DNA from: Lytechinus pictus
Taxonomy: Eukaryota
Assembly (NCBI RefSeq): GCF_037042905.1
Contig: NC_087263.1
Span: 11,782,001-11,846,000 of the forward strand
Direction of reading: 5' to 3'
DNA length: 64,000 nt
Within the stretch, counting starts at the first letter, position 1, and every line of letters starts with the position of its first letter. Of this stretch, positions 11,775 to 23,475 are shown in pieces. Below the pieces are notes generated by a model. The model had not been told where the DNA came from, did not search any database, and saw only the letters and a list, made by a program, of their open reading frames with translations. Both the position numbers and the translations under genes were made by a program.

Positions 11775-11939
11775 CTGGGAGTTTGAAGATAAATATGAAT
11801 GTATCTGAAACGATTCTCTTTATCCTTGGCCAGTTGATATCATCTACGATTATTAACTTGGGTTCCAGAGCATCGATGTCTACCGTTTGCAAGGTGCCTG
11901 TTCTACATGTTACGTTTAATGGCATACCTATCTTTAAAA
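11775..11939 (-). CDS. Probable upstream exon of the same gene (LKIGMPLNVTCRTGTLQTVDIDALEPKLIIVDDINWPRIKRIVSDTFIFIFKLP), domain not recognised
   Basis: 165-bp stop-free phase 1/1 segment between tcttttttcag| and CCAG|gtacgc. It is phase-compatible with the EGF exon. Confidence 0.6.
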
Positions 11940-12011
11940 CTGAAAAAAGATAAATACAGACGAGTCAGTCCCTCCCCTACCGTCTTCGGTGAGCAAAGAA
12001 AACGTATGTGA

Positions 12012-12080
12012 CCTGGCCCTGGGAAGCAGAGGTGCTCGGGGTGTTACGTGTGTTATTCACCGCTGCACCCCTCCCCCCCC

Positions 12081-12111
<31 letters not shown>

Positions 12112-12276
12112 TAGGCATGCTTAGAAGCAGAAATGTAAACAGAATCACCTTCTTTTTGCGAAATGTTTTTTTTTTTCACTTGTCAAATTTCTCGAAAACA
12201 AAACTACCTTCATATTGTTTTTAAAAAAATAATAAAAAAAACCCTTTAGGGGAGGGGAATCGTTCCCATGGCCCTG
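12012..12276. mobile_element. Short MITE-like insertion
   Basis: ggccctgggaa ... ttcccatggcc inverted ends, internal poly-C/poly-A, imperfect 8-bp flanks (gtatgtga/gtgtgtaa). Confidence 0.5.
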
Positions 12277-12368
12277 GTGTGTAATGGAGAAAATAATGTT
12301 TTATTTCCTTCTAAAGACTTTCATTGGTGAAAACATGCACATGACATATTCTTCCATGCAGTGCGTCC

Positions 12369-12375
12369 TTTTATA
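12369..12375 (-). promoter_or_regulatory. Candidate TATA box (TATAAAAG) upstream of the lectin locus
   Basis: Minus strand reads cacatagTATAAAAggacgcac, about 430 bp upstream of the first recognised exon. Motif only. Confidence 0.3.
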
Positions 12376-13514
12376 CTATGTGTTGACTCGAAGTTGCCAG
12401 TTTCTTGAGCTTACTTTGGATAATGACAAACTAACTGGCGCGGTTTCCACGCTCCTCCGAACATGGAAGCATACAAACATATACCACAAGCACAGTTTCA
12501 TTTGAGTCAATGTGTTTATTTTCACTTCTTACTAAAAACCAGGACCGGATCTCTGGAGGGAGAGAACAGGCCCCAATCCTACTGGAGGCATTTTTTTTTC
12601 ATTGTGCGGAAAATGCTCTCAGTTACCCGTGTTTTAAGTATTTCATAGTAACTTCAGCACAGTGCTACTGAAGGGACATCGCGAATAGGCGAAATCGCGA
12701 ATCATTCATGACGGAATTTACAACATCGCGAATTTAGTCGCCAAATTTGTCGTGATCTTTTCACCTTTCTTGAGCTGTAGTCAAGTGCCTGCATCTAAAT
12801 GGAAGTTGTCCGGATTCCAGACGGACAGCCAATTTGGGTAGTGATATAACATATAGGTTATCACGTAATGGAAGCATAAAAAGCACTATACGCCGAAATA
12901 GTTCCATTCTGCGCATGATCAGATAAAAGGACATTTGTTCTAAAATAACATGGTGGTTTAATATTTAATGAAATAAGCACCAACTTTCATGTCTTGATTA
13001 TTCAAATATTCTTTTGATTTATGTTTTTCATTGGATCCACACAAAAAAAATGAGTCCACGGACTGGAGTTATACAGTAGGCCAAGTACTTGTTATAACAA
13101 CATGCTAATTCATTCATAGAAGAAATGCAACAAATACCTTCATAGAGTGTTAATTGGAGTGATATTCTCGTCACCTGGTTTATGTAATTTCTTCATCCTG
13201 CTATGTAAGGCATGTTTACATAATATCTTGCTTTAAAATCTGCTTATCACAATGAAATAAATGAAAGGTAACTCAGAACTGGTCTATTTGCGTGTGCTTC
13301 AGCTGCTGTTCGAAGATCTTGGCATGTTGGCTCCGCCTCCGTCTGCAGTGTGAAGTGACGTAAGCAGATCAACGCAGCGCAAGTGTACTGTGAATGGGTG
13401 CACAGAACTGGTGATTGTGCGTCCGTGGAGTAAGGGCCTGCTTGATGCCATGGCCCTGGGAAGCGGGGGTGTTGGGGGTGTTTCGTATATTCTTCTCCAT
13501 TGGCAGCACCCCAA

Positions 13515-13823
13515 GGTATTCTGGAAGATATTGAGAACTCTGGTCTAAACTCTAAAGTTGTGGTTTAACTACGGAAAGCCAATCGTGGCCTTTTTTAAGG
13601 CTGTAGGAAAAGAGGGTGAATTTGTCAACTTCTTTGGCCCCTTTAATCGTTTAGAATTTCAGAACTGTGTGAAAATAGTCAACTTTAAATAATTTTCTTT
13701 ACCGTCGAGTCTGGACAAATAGCTCCATGAATACAAGGAGCGCGCAATGTAAACAAAACATGTTCATTTTTTGACCTCTCATAGGTTTAGCACTGACTTA
13801 CACCCTACTTCAGAATACCGTCC
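13515..13823. mobile_element. Harbinger-like MITE (GTATTCTGAA TIR family)
   Basis: ggtattctg ... cagaatacc. Related to 20568-20883 and 57156-57318. Confidence 0.6.
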
Positions 13824-14564
13824 AATAAGTCCTACATAGGTTGAAAGAAGAACATTACCGTTCAGATCCGTCCCCGTCGAAGGAAGTCGAGTCTGTAATA
13901 AGCAGATCAAGCGATGGCATATTTCATTGTTGGCGGCAACGACCTCAGACAGATGACAATGTGTCTTCCATCACAACACCACGTGCGTATTCAATAAATG
14001 AATAATGTCTTGACAACTGTTCCTACAACGGTAATTTGTATCTGTCACTACTTTTGTAACTGTTGATGTTGATTTTTATATTTTAAAAAATGTGCCTTAA
14101 ACAACATCAACATTTCTTTTAATGACAGAATATTGGAATGGTTTATGGTATTTTTACAGCCCATGTCAATAAACTTTTTTGAAGAACTTTAATATTAGTA
14201 TTACATTATGTTTTAATGCTATGGTTACAACACGGTGTTCATGTCTTTGTACGAACATATATCACAACCTCAATAAAAAACATTTATGAACATTAATAAT
14301 TATGGATATTTAGAGGCGCTAAAACAAGAAGTACCATAGCGAGTAATTTTAAAAAAAAAGAATAATCGCATTTACGATAGAAAACACTATCGATTGTTCA
14401 AAATTAAAAGGAAAACGAATTATTGAGCGGAAAAGTTTGTTTTAAGGGAAGATTGGAAGAAAAGAATACTTAAAACATTTATGATTTGAAGAGGGATGTC
14501 ATTCAGATTTTTTGCAGCTGCTACGGCAAAACAAATTTTATGTAGTCCATACCTACCATCGATA

Positions 14565-15455
14565 TCAATTCAATTTGATTTCATTTTATGGTCCACATGA
14601 AAATTCTTTTTGCTCACATCATAAACATTTATAATAAAACGTTACATATTACATACATCGCATGCATAAATACAATAATAAAGAATGGAATTAAAAAGTG
14701 ACAAGTACAAGAGAAATTCTCCATTTTAATTTCATCATCCACATCATTGACATAAATTGGAATAAAACGTTAAACATTAAATACATCGCATGCACAATGA
14801 TACAGAATGGAATTAAGAAGTGACAGAAATACAAGAGAAATTCTCCAGGATAATGCTTTTTTTCCCATAAAAGGTTTGAAAGTAGAAACTGTAAGTACAG
14901 AAGATTATTGCCCGGTAGAAGCGAAAAGAAAAGAAAGTTCAGGTGGTGAGATGATTGTATGTGCTGATGGGGAGAGGTTAAAGGCCTGGTCCCACTAACC
15001 GACGGACACGAAAAGTTTTTATAACGGATACTGCGTACAAGCAAACTTTTGGGGTGGCTCCATCCGTTTTCATCCACTCCAGACAATTAAAATGGACAAA
15101 ATGGGAGAATAATGAAATCACATTGAACGGATGCTGGATGGATATAGAGCGTATGAAACACGTATGCAAAGAGTGCACAACGAATACATATAACATTTTC
15201 CTACGGATGGCAAGATTCTTTTCGGTTTTACATCCTCTCTGCATCCGTAAGTGCAGTGGGACCAAAAAATTTTAAGAGACGCTGAATGCGACAGTTCAGT
15301 GACCGAAGTCGTTTACCTTAACGCATGAAAACACAATTTGAGTAGAGTGGATGATTTTCGTTTTTCAGTATAATTTTTATTTTACAGGCATCAGTTAAAT
15401 TTGGGGTTCGGCATCTAATATTTTCTGCTTGTTTGGTGATTCTCTCAATTTTCCT
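14565..15455 (-). mobile_element. 3' end of Rex1/Babar-like LINE (same family as 25270-26480), interrupted by a MITE
   Basis: 15280-15455 and 14895-14975 match the reverse complement of 26195-26450 (gagagaatcaccaaacaagcag, cgacttcggtcactgaactgtcgca, tctaccgggcaat). Confidence 0.7.
14982..15265. mobile_element. Harbinger-like MITE
   Basis: TIR tggtcccact ... agtgggacca, preceded by ttaa. Confidence 0.75.
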
Positions 15456-17896
15456 AAATTTCTTCTTTCTACTGAGCTTCCACGCGCTATTTTGAGACCA
15501 CTAACCTTTGCCACGAACAGCAAAAGGTCAAGCGCGCACGGAGTTCCATACTTTTATTCTGCTGAGTGTGTGTACGTGGGATGCTTAATGCTATTTAGTT
15601 ACACGGCTATGTTACGGACTTTATTATTATATTGAAGATGGGTGATTTTTACTCCCGATAACGGAAATTTGAACAAAAGTTAACTTTATTCAGAAATTAA
15701 ATCAGAATTTGTTATACCAACAGTTTTCAGATACTTGTTAACACCAAGGATATTATGAAGAATTTAAGTTGTAAATAACTAAATGTTCTCGATAAAGAAT
15801 TTTTAAAGGTATCATTTGTTTTGTGAATAGGAGCTTTAAAGATTTTCTCAACACACATTTTATGAATGAATTTACATCCTTTCGTTATCTCGTTCATGCT
15901 AGTTTACTCTTAATAATGAATCTATTTTTAGGAGGGGTTTTGCAAACATTTTCCATTCGACAGGTATGGTAGATATGACAGAATAATAACCAAGAAAGCT
16001 ACAATATTATCTGTTTCGGTAGTATTTGCAATGTGAAACATTTTTTTTCATGCTTGGTTTAAAAGATAACAAATATTGTTCAGAAATGTGATATATAAAA
16101 AAATTATGTGATACCGTGGCATGGTGATGGGGAAAAATCGTATTAAATTGCCTGATAGGAAATTGCGAATCATGGTGAAAAAAAACCTGTTGTTATTTTC
16201 ATTCCAATATTGTAAAGAAAAAAGGTTGGTTGTAGATGGTTTCAATAATTACTAGATTTCAATTTCAACAACCACCCCCACCTTGAAAGTGTGAAAAAGC
16301 CCTAGACTTGTTTAAAAAAAAGTTATTAAGCCCAATTGAATATGTAAAAACTTTAGAATTACTTAACGGTAATTAACTGTGCAAATCAGTTACGTGTCTT
16401 ACTGTAATACACGTAAATGATCCGCACACTTAATTGTCCGGATGGGTTTACGCATGGATAACGTATATATTATTCCACGGATGCTTACGTCTATTACATC
16501 CGCAGCAAAATTTTGAGAATTTCAAAATTCCCGCTGTGGATCTGGGTATGTCTGCGAGTCCTGCCGAAGTTACGGATGGATACGGATGTTTACAGATAAC
16601 ACGGATCCCTGCGGTTCCTTACGGAAGTTCATCCGTAAGCATCCGCAGGTACCGTAAGTGGCCGTGTGACTGTAGCATTACGCGTTGGTATGGTCCCATA
16701 TACTTGTTTATTGTGTTGTGGATTAATTTTCCTCGGAATCAAAAGTCATGCGTGCGGGCGTGCGTCACGGAATTGCGTGCGTGCGTACAGCTATAGGCTC
16801 CATTCAGCTTATGGATATCGATAGTACTTAACTAAACTTTGTCATGGTCATAGTCTAGTATCCCTGAACAGACCCTGGTTGACACATTCATCATCAAGTG
16901 GGTTTTCAGTCTTCACACAAGACTAGCTCATACAAAACTTGCTGTTTCGATTTATTCTGTACACAAGTCACCGTAGGCCGTGTTTAGACCACTTTACTCG
17001 AGTGATGGGTTTGCCCAGTCTCACCCTGCTGAAAACATATTTGCGTCTTTTCCAACCTCGGCTGCTAGTATCCTTTGATCGTTTTGAATTTTCTTTTTTC
17101 AGCTATCCACCTACCCTCACTCGCCACATAGGTCTAATCATTGATTGACGAAAATCAATAAATTTTTGTAAACTTGTAATTCCGACACTGGTTTAAATTT
17201 CAATCAATCGTTAGCATTCACTTGGGGATTTTTTAATATAAATGCCTTGTCTCATAAGAATGTTATTAAACAACGAGCTCGACCACATATTACTCCCAAA
17301 GGGGGCATTATCGTAACCGTCAATAGAACTCAAGCATGTGACGTCATTATCTCATAGCGCCCTCCCATAGAGGATATAGGAATACGCGCAATGGGGGTTG
17401 TCAGAGATGCGCCAGCTGCAGATCACCAACGCGCGTGAGCCAGATAGCACTTCAGCCCCTAAGATGGCGTCAACGCATAATGTACATGATGTATATACAT
17501 GCTCAACGTGAGATTTGAAGTTCCCCCAAGTCTGCGCCGTCCCCTTGTCTGCGTTACATATTACATACATCGCATGCATAAATACAAAAATAAAGAATGG
17601 AATTAAAAAGTGACAAGTACAAGATAAATTCTCCATTTAATTTCATCATCCACATCATTGACATAAATTGGAATAAAACGTTAAATATTAAATACATCGC
17701 ATGCACAATGATACAGAATGGAATTAAGAAGTGACAGAAATACAAGAGAAATTCTCCAGGATAATGCTTTTTTCCCATAAAAGGTTTGAAAGTAGAAACT
17801 GTAAGTACAGAAGATTATTGCCCGGTAGAAGCGAAAAGAAAAAAGTTCAGGTGGTGAGATGATTGTATGTGCTGATGGGGAGAGGTTAAAGGCCTG

Positions 17897-19887
17897 GGGC
17901 GGTATTCTGAAAACGTTCTTATCTTAATTTTGTTCTTATCTACGTCACGTTCTCAAATTGGTATTCTGAAAACGTTCTTATCTTTTTCTTATCTTTTGTT
18001 CTTATCTTTTTCTTATCTTGCTTTCCATCGATGCTGAGCGCGTAAATTTATAATTCGCGCATATGATACAAAAGCGCGCTAAAAGATAAGAACAAAATAA
18101 AGATAAGTGGTATTCTGAAAACGTTCTTATCTTTTTTCTTTCTTATCTCTTTACGATATTTATGATAATATTTAAGATAGCTAGAGGGTTATCACATCTT
18201 ACGCTGTCCGCCTTCTTTCTTGCTAAAAATCGATGGCCACTGGTAGTAACAAGTATTCCTCCCAACCTTTCTTTCATTCACCCTTTATTTTGCCTGTCTC
18301 TTTTTTCTATTCCTTTTTTCTTTATTTCTTTCTTTCGTCCTTCCTTTCGTTCTGTCTTTCTTTATTTCATTTAGGCCTATTTCTTTTCGCTTTTTCTTCC
18401 TTTCTATCTGTTTGTCTTTTTTCATTTCTTTCATTCTTCATTTTGTTTTATTCTTTTGAATCTTTTAACTTCTTCCTTATTTTTTTTGCGTTATTCTATT
18501 TATTCTTTCTTTTTCTTTTTTTTAATTGAATTTATTTCCGTTAAAAACAAATAACAATACATATAAAATTATACATGTGAATTGATAAATGAAAAACGGG
18601 AGGATGGCCCTGCTCAGCAACATCAATCATGGTGCTGCTGGTCTACCGAGGGGTCCTTCCTTTTTTATTTTCCCTTTCCGATTTTTTTCCTTTTTTTCTT
18701 GACTAAGTTTTTTTTCTTTCACCTTTTCTCTCTTTCTTTCTGTTTTTTTTTCCTTTCTTCCTTCACTTTATTTATTTTTGTAATCTTTTTATTTCTTCAT
18801 TTTTTAGGGTAAATTATACTTCACTTTTTTCTTTATTCTTTCCATTAATCTTTCTTCGTTTTTTCATTCATTCTTCATTTTTCCTGCCTTTTTATTTTCC
18901 CATTCTTTTTCTTTCCTTCTTTGAATTTACCTTACTTTTTATCTTTATTTAGTTTTCAATTTTGCTTTACTTTTCCTTTCATCTTTTATCTTCCCTCTCT
19001 TATCTCTTTCTTTCTCTCCCTCTCTTTCTTTATTTCTTTGTTTCATTTTCCCTTTTTCTCTCTTCCTTCACTTTTTACATATTTTTATTCCTTCCTTTTT
19101 TTACTTTCTTTCATTCGTTTTTTCTAAATTTTTTTGGTTCTTTATTCCTTCATTTTATCCCTTTTAATCTGTTTATTTTGTACTTTTTCGTTTTTTCCCC
19201 TTTAAGTTTTTTTTCCTATTCCTTCTTTATTTTTCCTTCAATTTTATATTCCTCTTTTTATCATTGATTATCATTCTATGTATTCCTCCTTTTTTTTCTT
19301 GTATTCTTTCCTTTTTATTTCTTTTCATTTTTAAAATTTTCTTTAAAGTTCCTTTTGCTTGCTTTCTTTCGTTTACCTTTTCTTTCTTTCATTGTTTTCT
19401 GCATTGATCCTTTTATTTTTTTAAATTTCTGCTTCATTCTGACCCTTTTCTGTCTTCTTACTTGCCTACTTACTTTACTTCTTTCTTCCTGTTTTATTCT
19501 TATTCGTAACTGCTTTCTTTACCCTTTTTCTTTACTTTCTTTCTTTCTTTATTTTGTGCACGTGTCTCGAAATAATAATCAGTCATTGCGTATAAAATGC
19601 CTATTTCGCGCAGTGCGCAAGAAACAGTGCACGCGCAGCGCCCATGATATTCTCTTCACATAAGGAACGCTTTTATTGGTTAAACTGCCAATATAAAGCG
19701 CATTTTGATTGGTAATATCTTAAAAATGGGCGTGTTGAAGATAAGAAGGAGGCAGTCCTTACAGAGATAAGAACGCGTTAAGAAGATTTTCAGAATACCG
19801 ATTTGCAATGATTTTAGCGTCTTCTTATCTCATTGAGATAAGAACAAAGATAAGAACAAAGATAAGAACGTTTTCAGAATACCACCC
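17897..19887. mobile_element. ~2-kb non-autonomous Harbinger-like element with T-rich low-complexity interior
   Basis: TIR gggcggtattctgaaaacgttcttatct / agataagaacgttttcagaataccaccc, with subterminal ttcttatct repeats. Flanked by CTG and CAG. The empty site is visible at 14986-14988. Confidence 0.88.
18525..18657 (-). mobile_element. Short LINE 3'-tail fragment inside the Harbinger-like element
   Basis: Minus strand: ggacccctcggtagaccagcagcac...tgctgagcagggccatcctccc stem-loop, then aaataaattcaatt tail. It breaks the T-rich tract. Confidence 0.5.
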
Positions 19888-20567
19888 CAGGTCCCACTAA
19901 CGTCAATAGAACTCAAGCATGTGACGTCATTATCTCTTAGCGCCCTCCCTAAGAGGATATAGGAATACGCGCAATGGGGGTTGTCAGAGATGCGCCAGCT
20001 GCAGATCACCAACGCGCGTGAGCCCATATAGCACTTCAGCCCCTAAGATGGCGTCAATGCATAATGTACATGATGTATATACATGCTCAACGTGAGATTT
20101 GAAGTTCCCCCAAGTCTGCGCCGTCCCCTTGTCTGCGCATACGCGTATCTGCGCAATTCTAGTAAAAGAAGACACGCAAGGAACACAAACTATACACATG
20201 CAATACATAGAAAGATATTTATTAAAAAATCCGACTCAAAATGTTGAAAAAATATTGAATTTTGGGCATTTTATGTCACGTCCTAAAAATGCAGCCTTTC
20301 TCATCAAAATCCCCGGATCGTGTGCAAAGTGAATGGGTGCGCAGACATGAAGCACCATTTTTTTTTGTTCAATCTGAAAATGACTGCCTGAGGTTTTTTC
20401 CAAGAAAATCATATATTTCTTTCAAATTTTAACGAGATATTTGGCACACTCACTCAAAATAATATAAGGAACATTATCAACTTCAAGATTTCGTGAAATA
20501 AAAAGATATCCATGTAAAATGTTATATCGTTAGGTGCGCAGACTGGGAGACCACCATCGTATAGTCT

Positions 20568-20883
20568 GGCCTGTATTCTGATGTCAGTTTTAACTTAGAC
20601 CATGGTCTAACACTGTGGTAAAATTATGGAAAGCCAAAATTGTCAAAATTGTCCAAACAATTGTATGTTTCTTATGTTTACTGTGCTCTTTCCGAACTCG
20701 TGAATGGTGAAGAAAGCTATCTTATTTATCCTTCCGAAACAGTTAAGAATGATTTGAGAGAAAAAATAAGCTGATACATTGAAATTATACTGTTAGAGAT
20801 TTATGCTATTATTGGCTATCCATATTTAAACCAAAACTTGAAACCAGAGTTTAAATTAATACCCGACTTCAGGACACGGGCCT
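20568..20883. mobile_element. Harbinger-like MITE (GTATTCTGAA TIR family)
   Basis: ggcctgtattctga ... tcaggacacgggcc, with cttagaccatggtctaa palindrome shared with 57156-57318. Confidence 0.7.
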
Positions 20884-21014
20884 GAACGTTTCATGTACAA
20901 TATTTTTGACAAGACTTCTTGAAAAATGAGTCTTAAATTTCACGCAAGTGGAATTACAGCACTCGTCGCCATTGTATATTTTGTAGGCCATACATCATAG
21001 CTGACGCTAACTTA

Positions 21015-21428
21015 AGGCGACCGCACACCTAACGATTGGTCTGCAACCCGATTTCAGAATAAAATGTAGTAGAATTTGATGCTAACCTTGAGACTTATAA
21101 TATCTTACAGTGTAATGTTCTAAATCATCGTACGAATACCTATGTTCAAATCTGTGACTATGCTATCATCCTTCTTAGAATAACAGCGAATTTGATATCT
21201 AGTCGTAATGACGTCATAGCAGTCGTACGATTGGCTACGATTTGAAACTAATTTAGCCTTTACTCCGAAATAAAGGCTTGCAATTTTTCAAAATGGTTAT
21301 ATTAGTATTCTTTCAATTAATTTAAACCTCAAATAAAATGATGTGTTCCATTCACATCTTCAGAAAATGAGCAAATGCGATTTGTTCCAAAATCGGATCG
21401 CGAACAGTCGTAAGGTGTGCGGTGGCCT
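21015..21428. mobile_element. Harbinger-like MITE with TTA TSD
   Basis: TIR aggcgaccgcacacctaacga / tcgtaaggtgtgcggtggcct with TTA on both sides. An end fragment also occurs at ~32421-32455. Confidence 0.85.
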
Positions 21429-21856
21429 TTAAAGACAAAAACGGAAGTAATTATTGTGGTGTATTCCACTTTTTGGTCCATTGACGCCCGTGCATTAAGA
21501 TCGATGAGATGGTAAACAGTCGGAGAGTTTTTGTAGGTCGCAACTCGGAGGGGAAGGACGTCTCACGCAAGATAGATGATTATTGGGTAGATGCGAAGCG
21601 ATATTAAAGTGGAACGGAGAGAGAATAATTGTAAACACAAGTAGTGGGAAGAAAGAGAGAAGGGAAAAGAGGGGAAAACGATGAGGGTGTGGGTGTGGGA
21701 GAAATGGCGTTGAGTACGTGAGTGTGTGAGAGGAAAGTGGGTTTGGATGAGTGGGTAAGTAGGATAAAGGCAGGGGCAGGAGAGAGAGAAGAAAAAGATT
21801 TATTATTACTCGAGTCGTTGGATTCAATCAGTAATTCCAAGACTTAAAGTATGCAT

Positions 21857-22078
21857 ATCCTCCACTCCCTGGGGAGTATTCCGAACAGTTGCCAAAGAGG
21901 CGCGCATATCACCGGATAAACGGCAATGACTTTCACATTTTACCGGGTACCTTTTAGCTCCCGGGTGTAGAGCTGCAAGGTGTGGATTAAGGCCTTGTCA
22001 AAGGATGCAAGGCGGTAGGATTTGAACTCCCGACCCTTTGAATTCAAGGCGAGAGTCATAACTACTACATCACAGCTC
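21857..22078 (-). mobile_element. tRNA-derived SINE
   Basis: B-box gagttcaaatcc on the minus strand (22018-22030), A-box-like start, core ...ggtacccggtaa. Confidence 0.65.
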
Positions 22079-23384
22079 TTTCACTGGACGATAACAATTA
22101 TTAAAAGGAAGTAAAGAATGTATTTTCATGAAGTAATTTTAGTTGACACCTATTAAAAAGTTTGGTAATTTCATCATGGAAAATGAAAATATTTACAGCT
22201 TTGCTGAAAATGTACAATGTCATTATTGATTGTAATTATAAATGATATAAGACCATGTAGATGAATGCCAACTGGAATATACTTGAGTTCTCAATTCGCA
22301 TTTGCCATAAACATGTAACGACATGCCCGATATGTCAACACACCGATAACTCCTGACCTCATAATATATATGAGAAGTCACTATCGGTTCCATGTACATA
22401 GCATATCCAAGTATAATAGAAATGAAGGTCTGGCGTCGGTTGTGGGAGTATAAAACAAAATACAAGGCGAATAAAACAACCGTAGATAGACACATTTTGA
22501 TATTTATATCCGTTATTGCTATTATTATCATCATCATCATCATTAAAAAAGAAATAGGCCGTCTTGCCCCCTCCCGAATTTCTTTGTTAAACGGCATATT
22601 TGTCTGACTTGAAAATGCATAAGTATAATTCCATCTGGAGCAACACATCCCTCTTTTATGATTGAAAATGGCGGCTGACCCCTCTCTCCCTCGCTGTGAT
22701 GTCCCCCCTTTTTATCCTCATTTCAAGGCATTTGTTAAACAAGTTTTACTCCACCCTCTCCGCAATTTTAGATATTAAACTTGTTTAACAAAAGTAATAA
22801 AGTACATACTAATCACCTAATTGCAGCGACCCAGATGCCAGGTTTGAACAGTTCGACCTTAAATTTAAAGATGGTCCGAATGAAATTGGGTAGATAAAAA
22901 ATCCCCGTTCCAATTATAGCTTTGTACTCTTGTCTGCATTTACCCCTCTTTTGCAGATCGAATTCCACGGGAATGGTAGCACGGATGCGTTGCCATGGCG
23001 ATGTTCATTAAAAGTTGACGGCAATCAAACATCCTACCTCCAATTACTCGCCTGGGTGTATTTGCAGGGCTGCTTTGGACTTTGATTCCCTTAATTGGAA
23101 TTCCTATGCCCCAGACCAGCTTGAATGTGGAATTTAAGAAGCTAAAAGGTATCATTGGATCACAAAGATAACCCCTCCCTGCCTTAGATCTTCCCCTTCT
23201 AATAGGCCTTTTATTTATTGATTTTTTAACTTCGTTGTTTCAAGACGTATAGGCACTTTTGCAACCTCTTCATTACCGTTGTTTTCATATTTGAAAGAAA
23301 TTCAAAGTATACATACATATATATCCTCCCTTTCCCTATTCATCAAATTTAATTTTATCACTATCGAAAAAATTGTTTGTGCCT

Positions 23385-23475
23385 ATAATAATAATGATAA
23401 TAATAATAAAGGTATATTTACCCAGGGTAGCCACTTCAGTTCCGAGGACTGTTCTCCCAGCGGGCCCTGCCAATT
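23385..23475 (-). mobile_element. LINE (L2-like) 3' tail
   Basis: GC-rich stem-loop gcagggcccgctgggagaacag...ctaccctgggtaaata followed by (TTA)n on the minus strand. Confidence 0.5.

Larger units (their letters stand above)
7905..11939 (-). pseudogene. Probable pseudogene encoding [unknown N-terminal segment]-EGF-C-type lectin domain; four exons 11939-11775, 11184-11080, 10269-10087, ~8175-7905
   Basis: Manual minus-strand translation gives phase-compatible exons with polypyrimidine-AG acceptors. The EGF Cys pattern and CTL motifs are present (C..W..F..SCY, SFDEA...C, LVSIHSKEEQDFI, YWIGL, WTD, C..., WQD..C, CK). Disablements: in-frame TGA at 11120-11122, frameshift at 10218-10222, GC or weak donor at 10086. 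Confidence 0.8.
17314..20137 (+). repeat. A-B-A rearrangement: A 17314-17553, B 17552-17896 plus 19888-19902 (copy of 14640-15001), A' 19898-20137
   Basis: A and A' are near-identical, B is near-identical to its source, and both junctions show microhomology. Confidence 0.9.

Noticed and set aside
11940..12330. Possible signal-peptide exon of the lectin gene split by a MITE
   Set aside because: Early stop (MKVFRRK*), and the implied intron would be only ~41 nt.
13137..13975. Two possible further minus-strand exons (donors at ~13137 and ~13857)
   Set aside because: Splice-like boundaries are present, but the frames contain stops and I see no homology. They cannot be told apart from chance.
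18162..19663. Phe/Leu/Ser-rich ORFs resembling membrane proteins (also 27671-28167, 40814-41110, 42209-42894, 43644-44018)
   Set aside because: Artefacts of pyrimidine- or purine-rich low-complexity DNA.
21495..21530. SDCLPS peptide resembling the start of the EGF exon
   Set aside because: No further cysteines and no splice sites. Coincidental.
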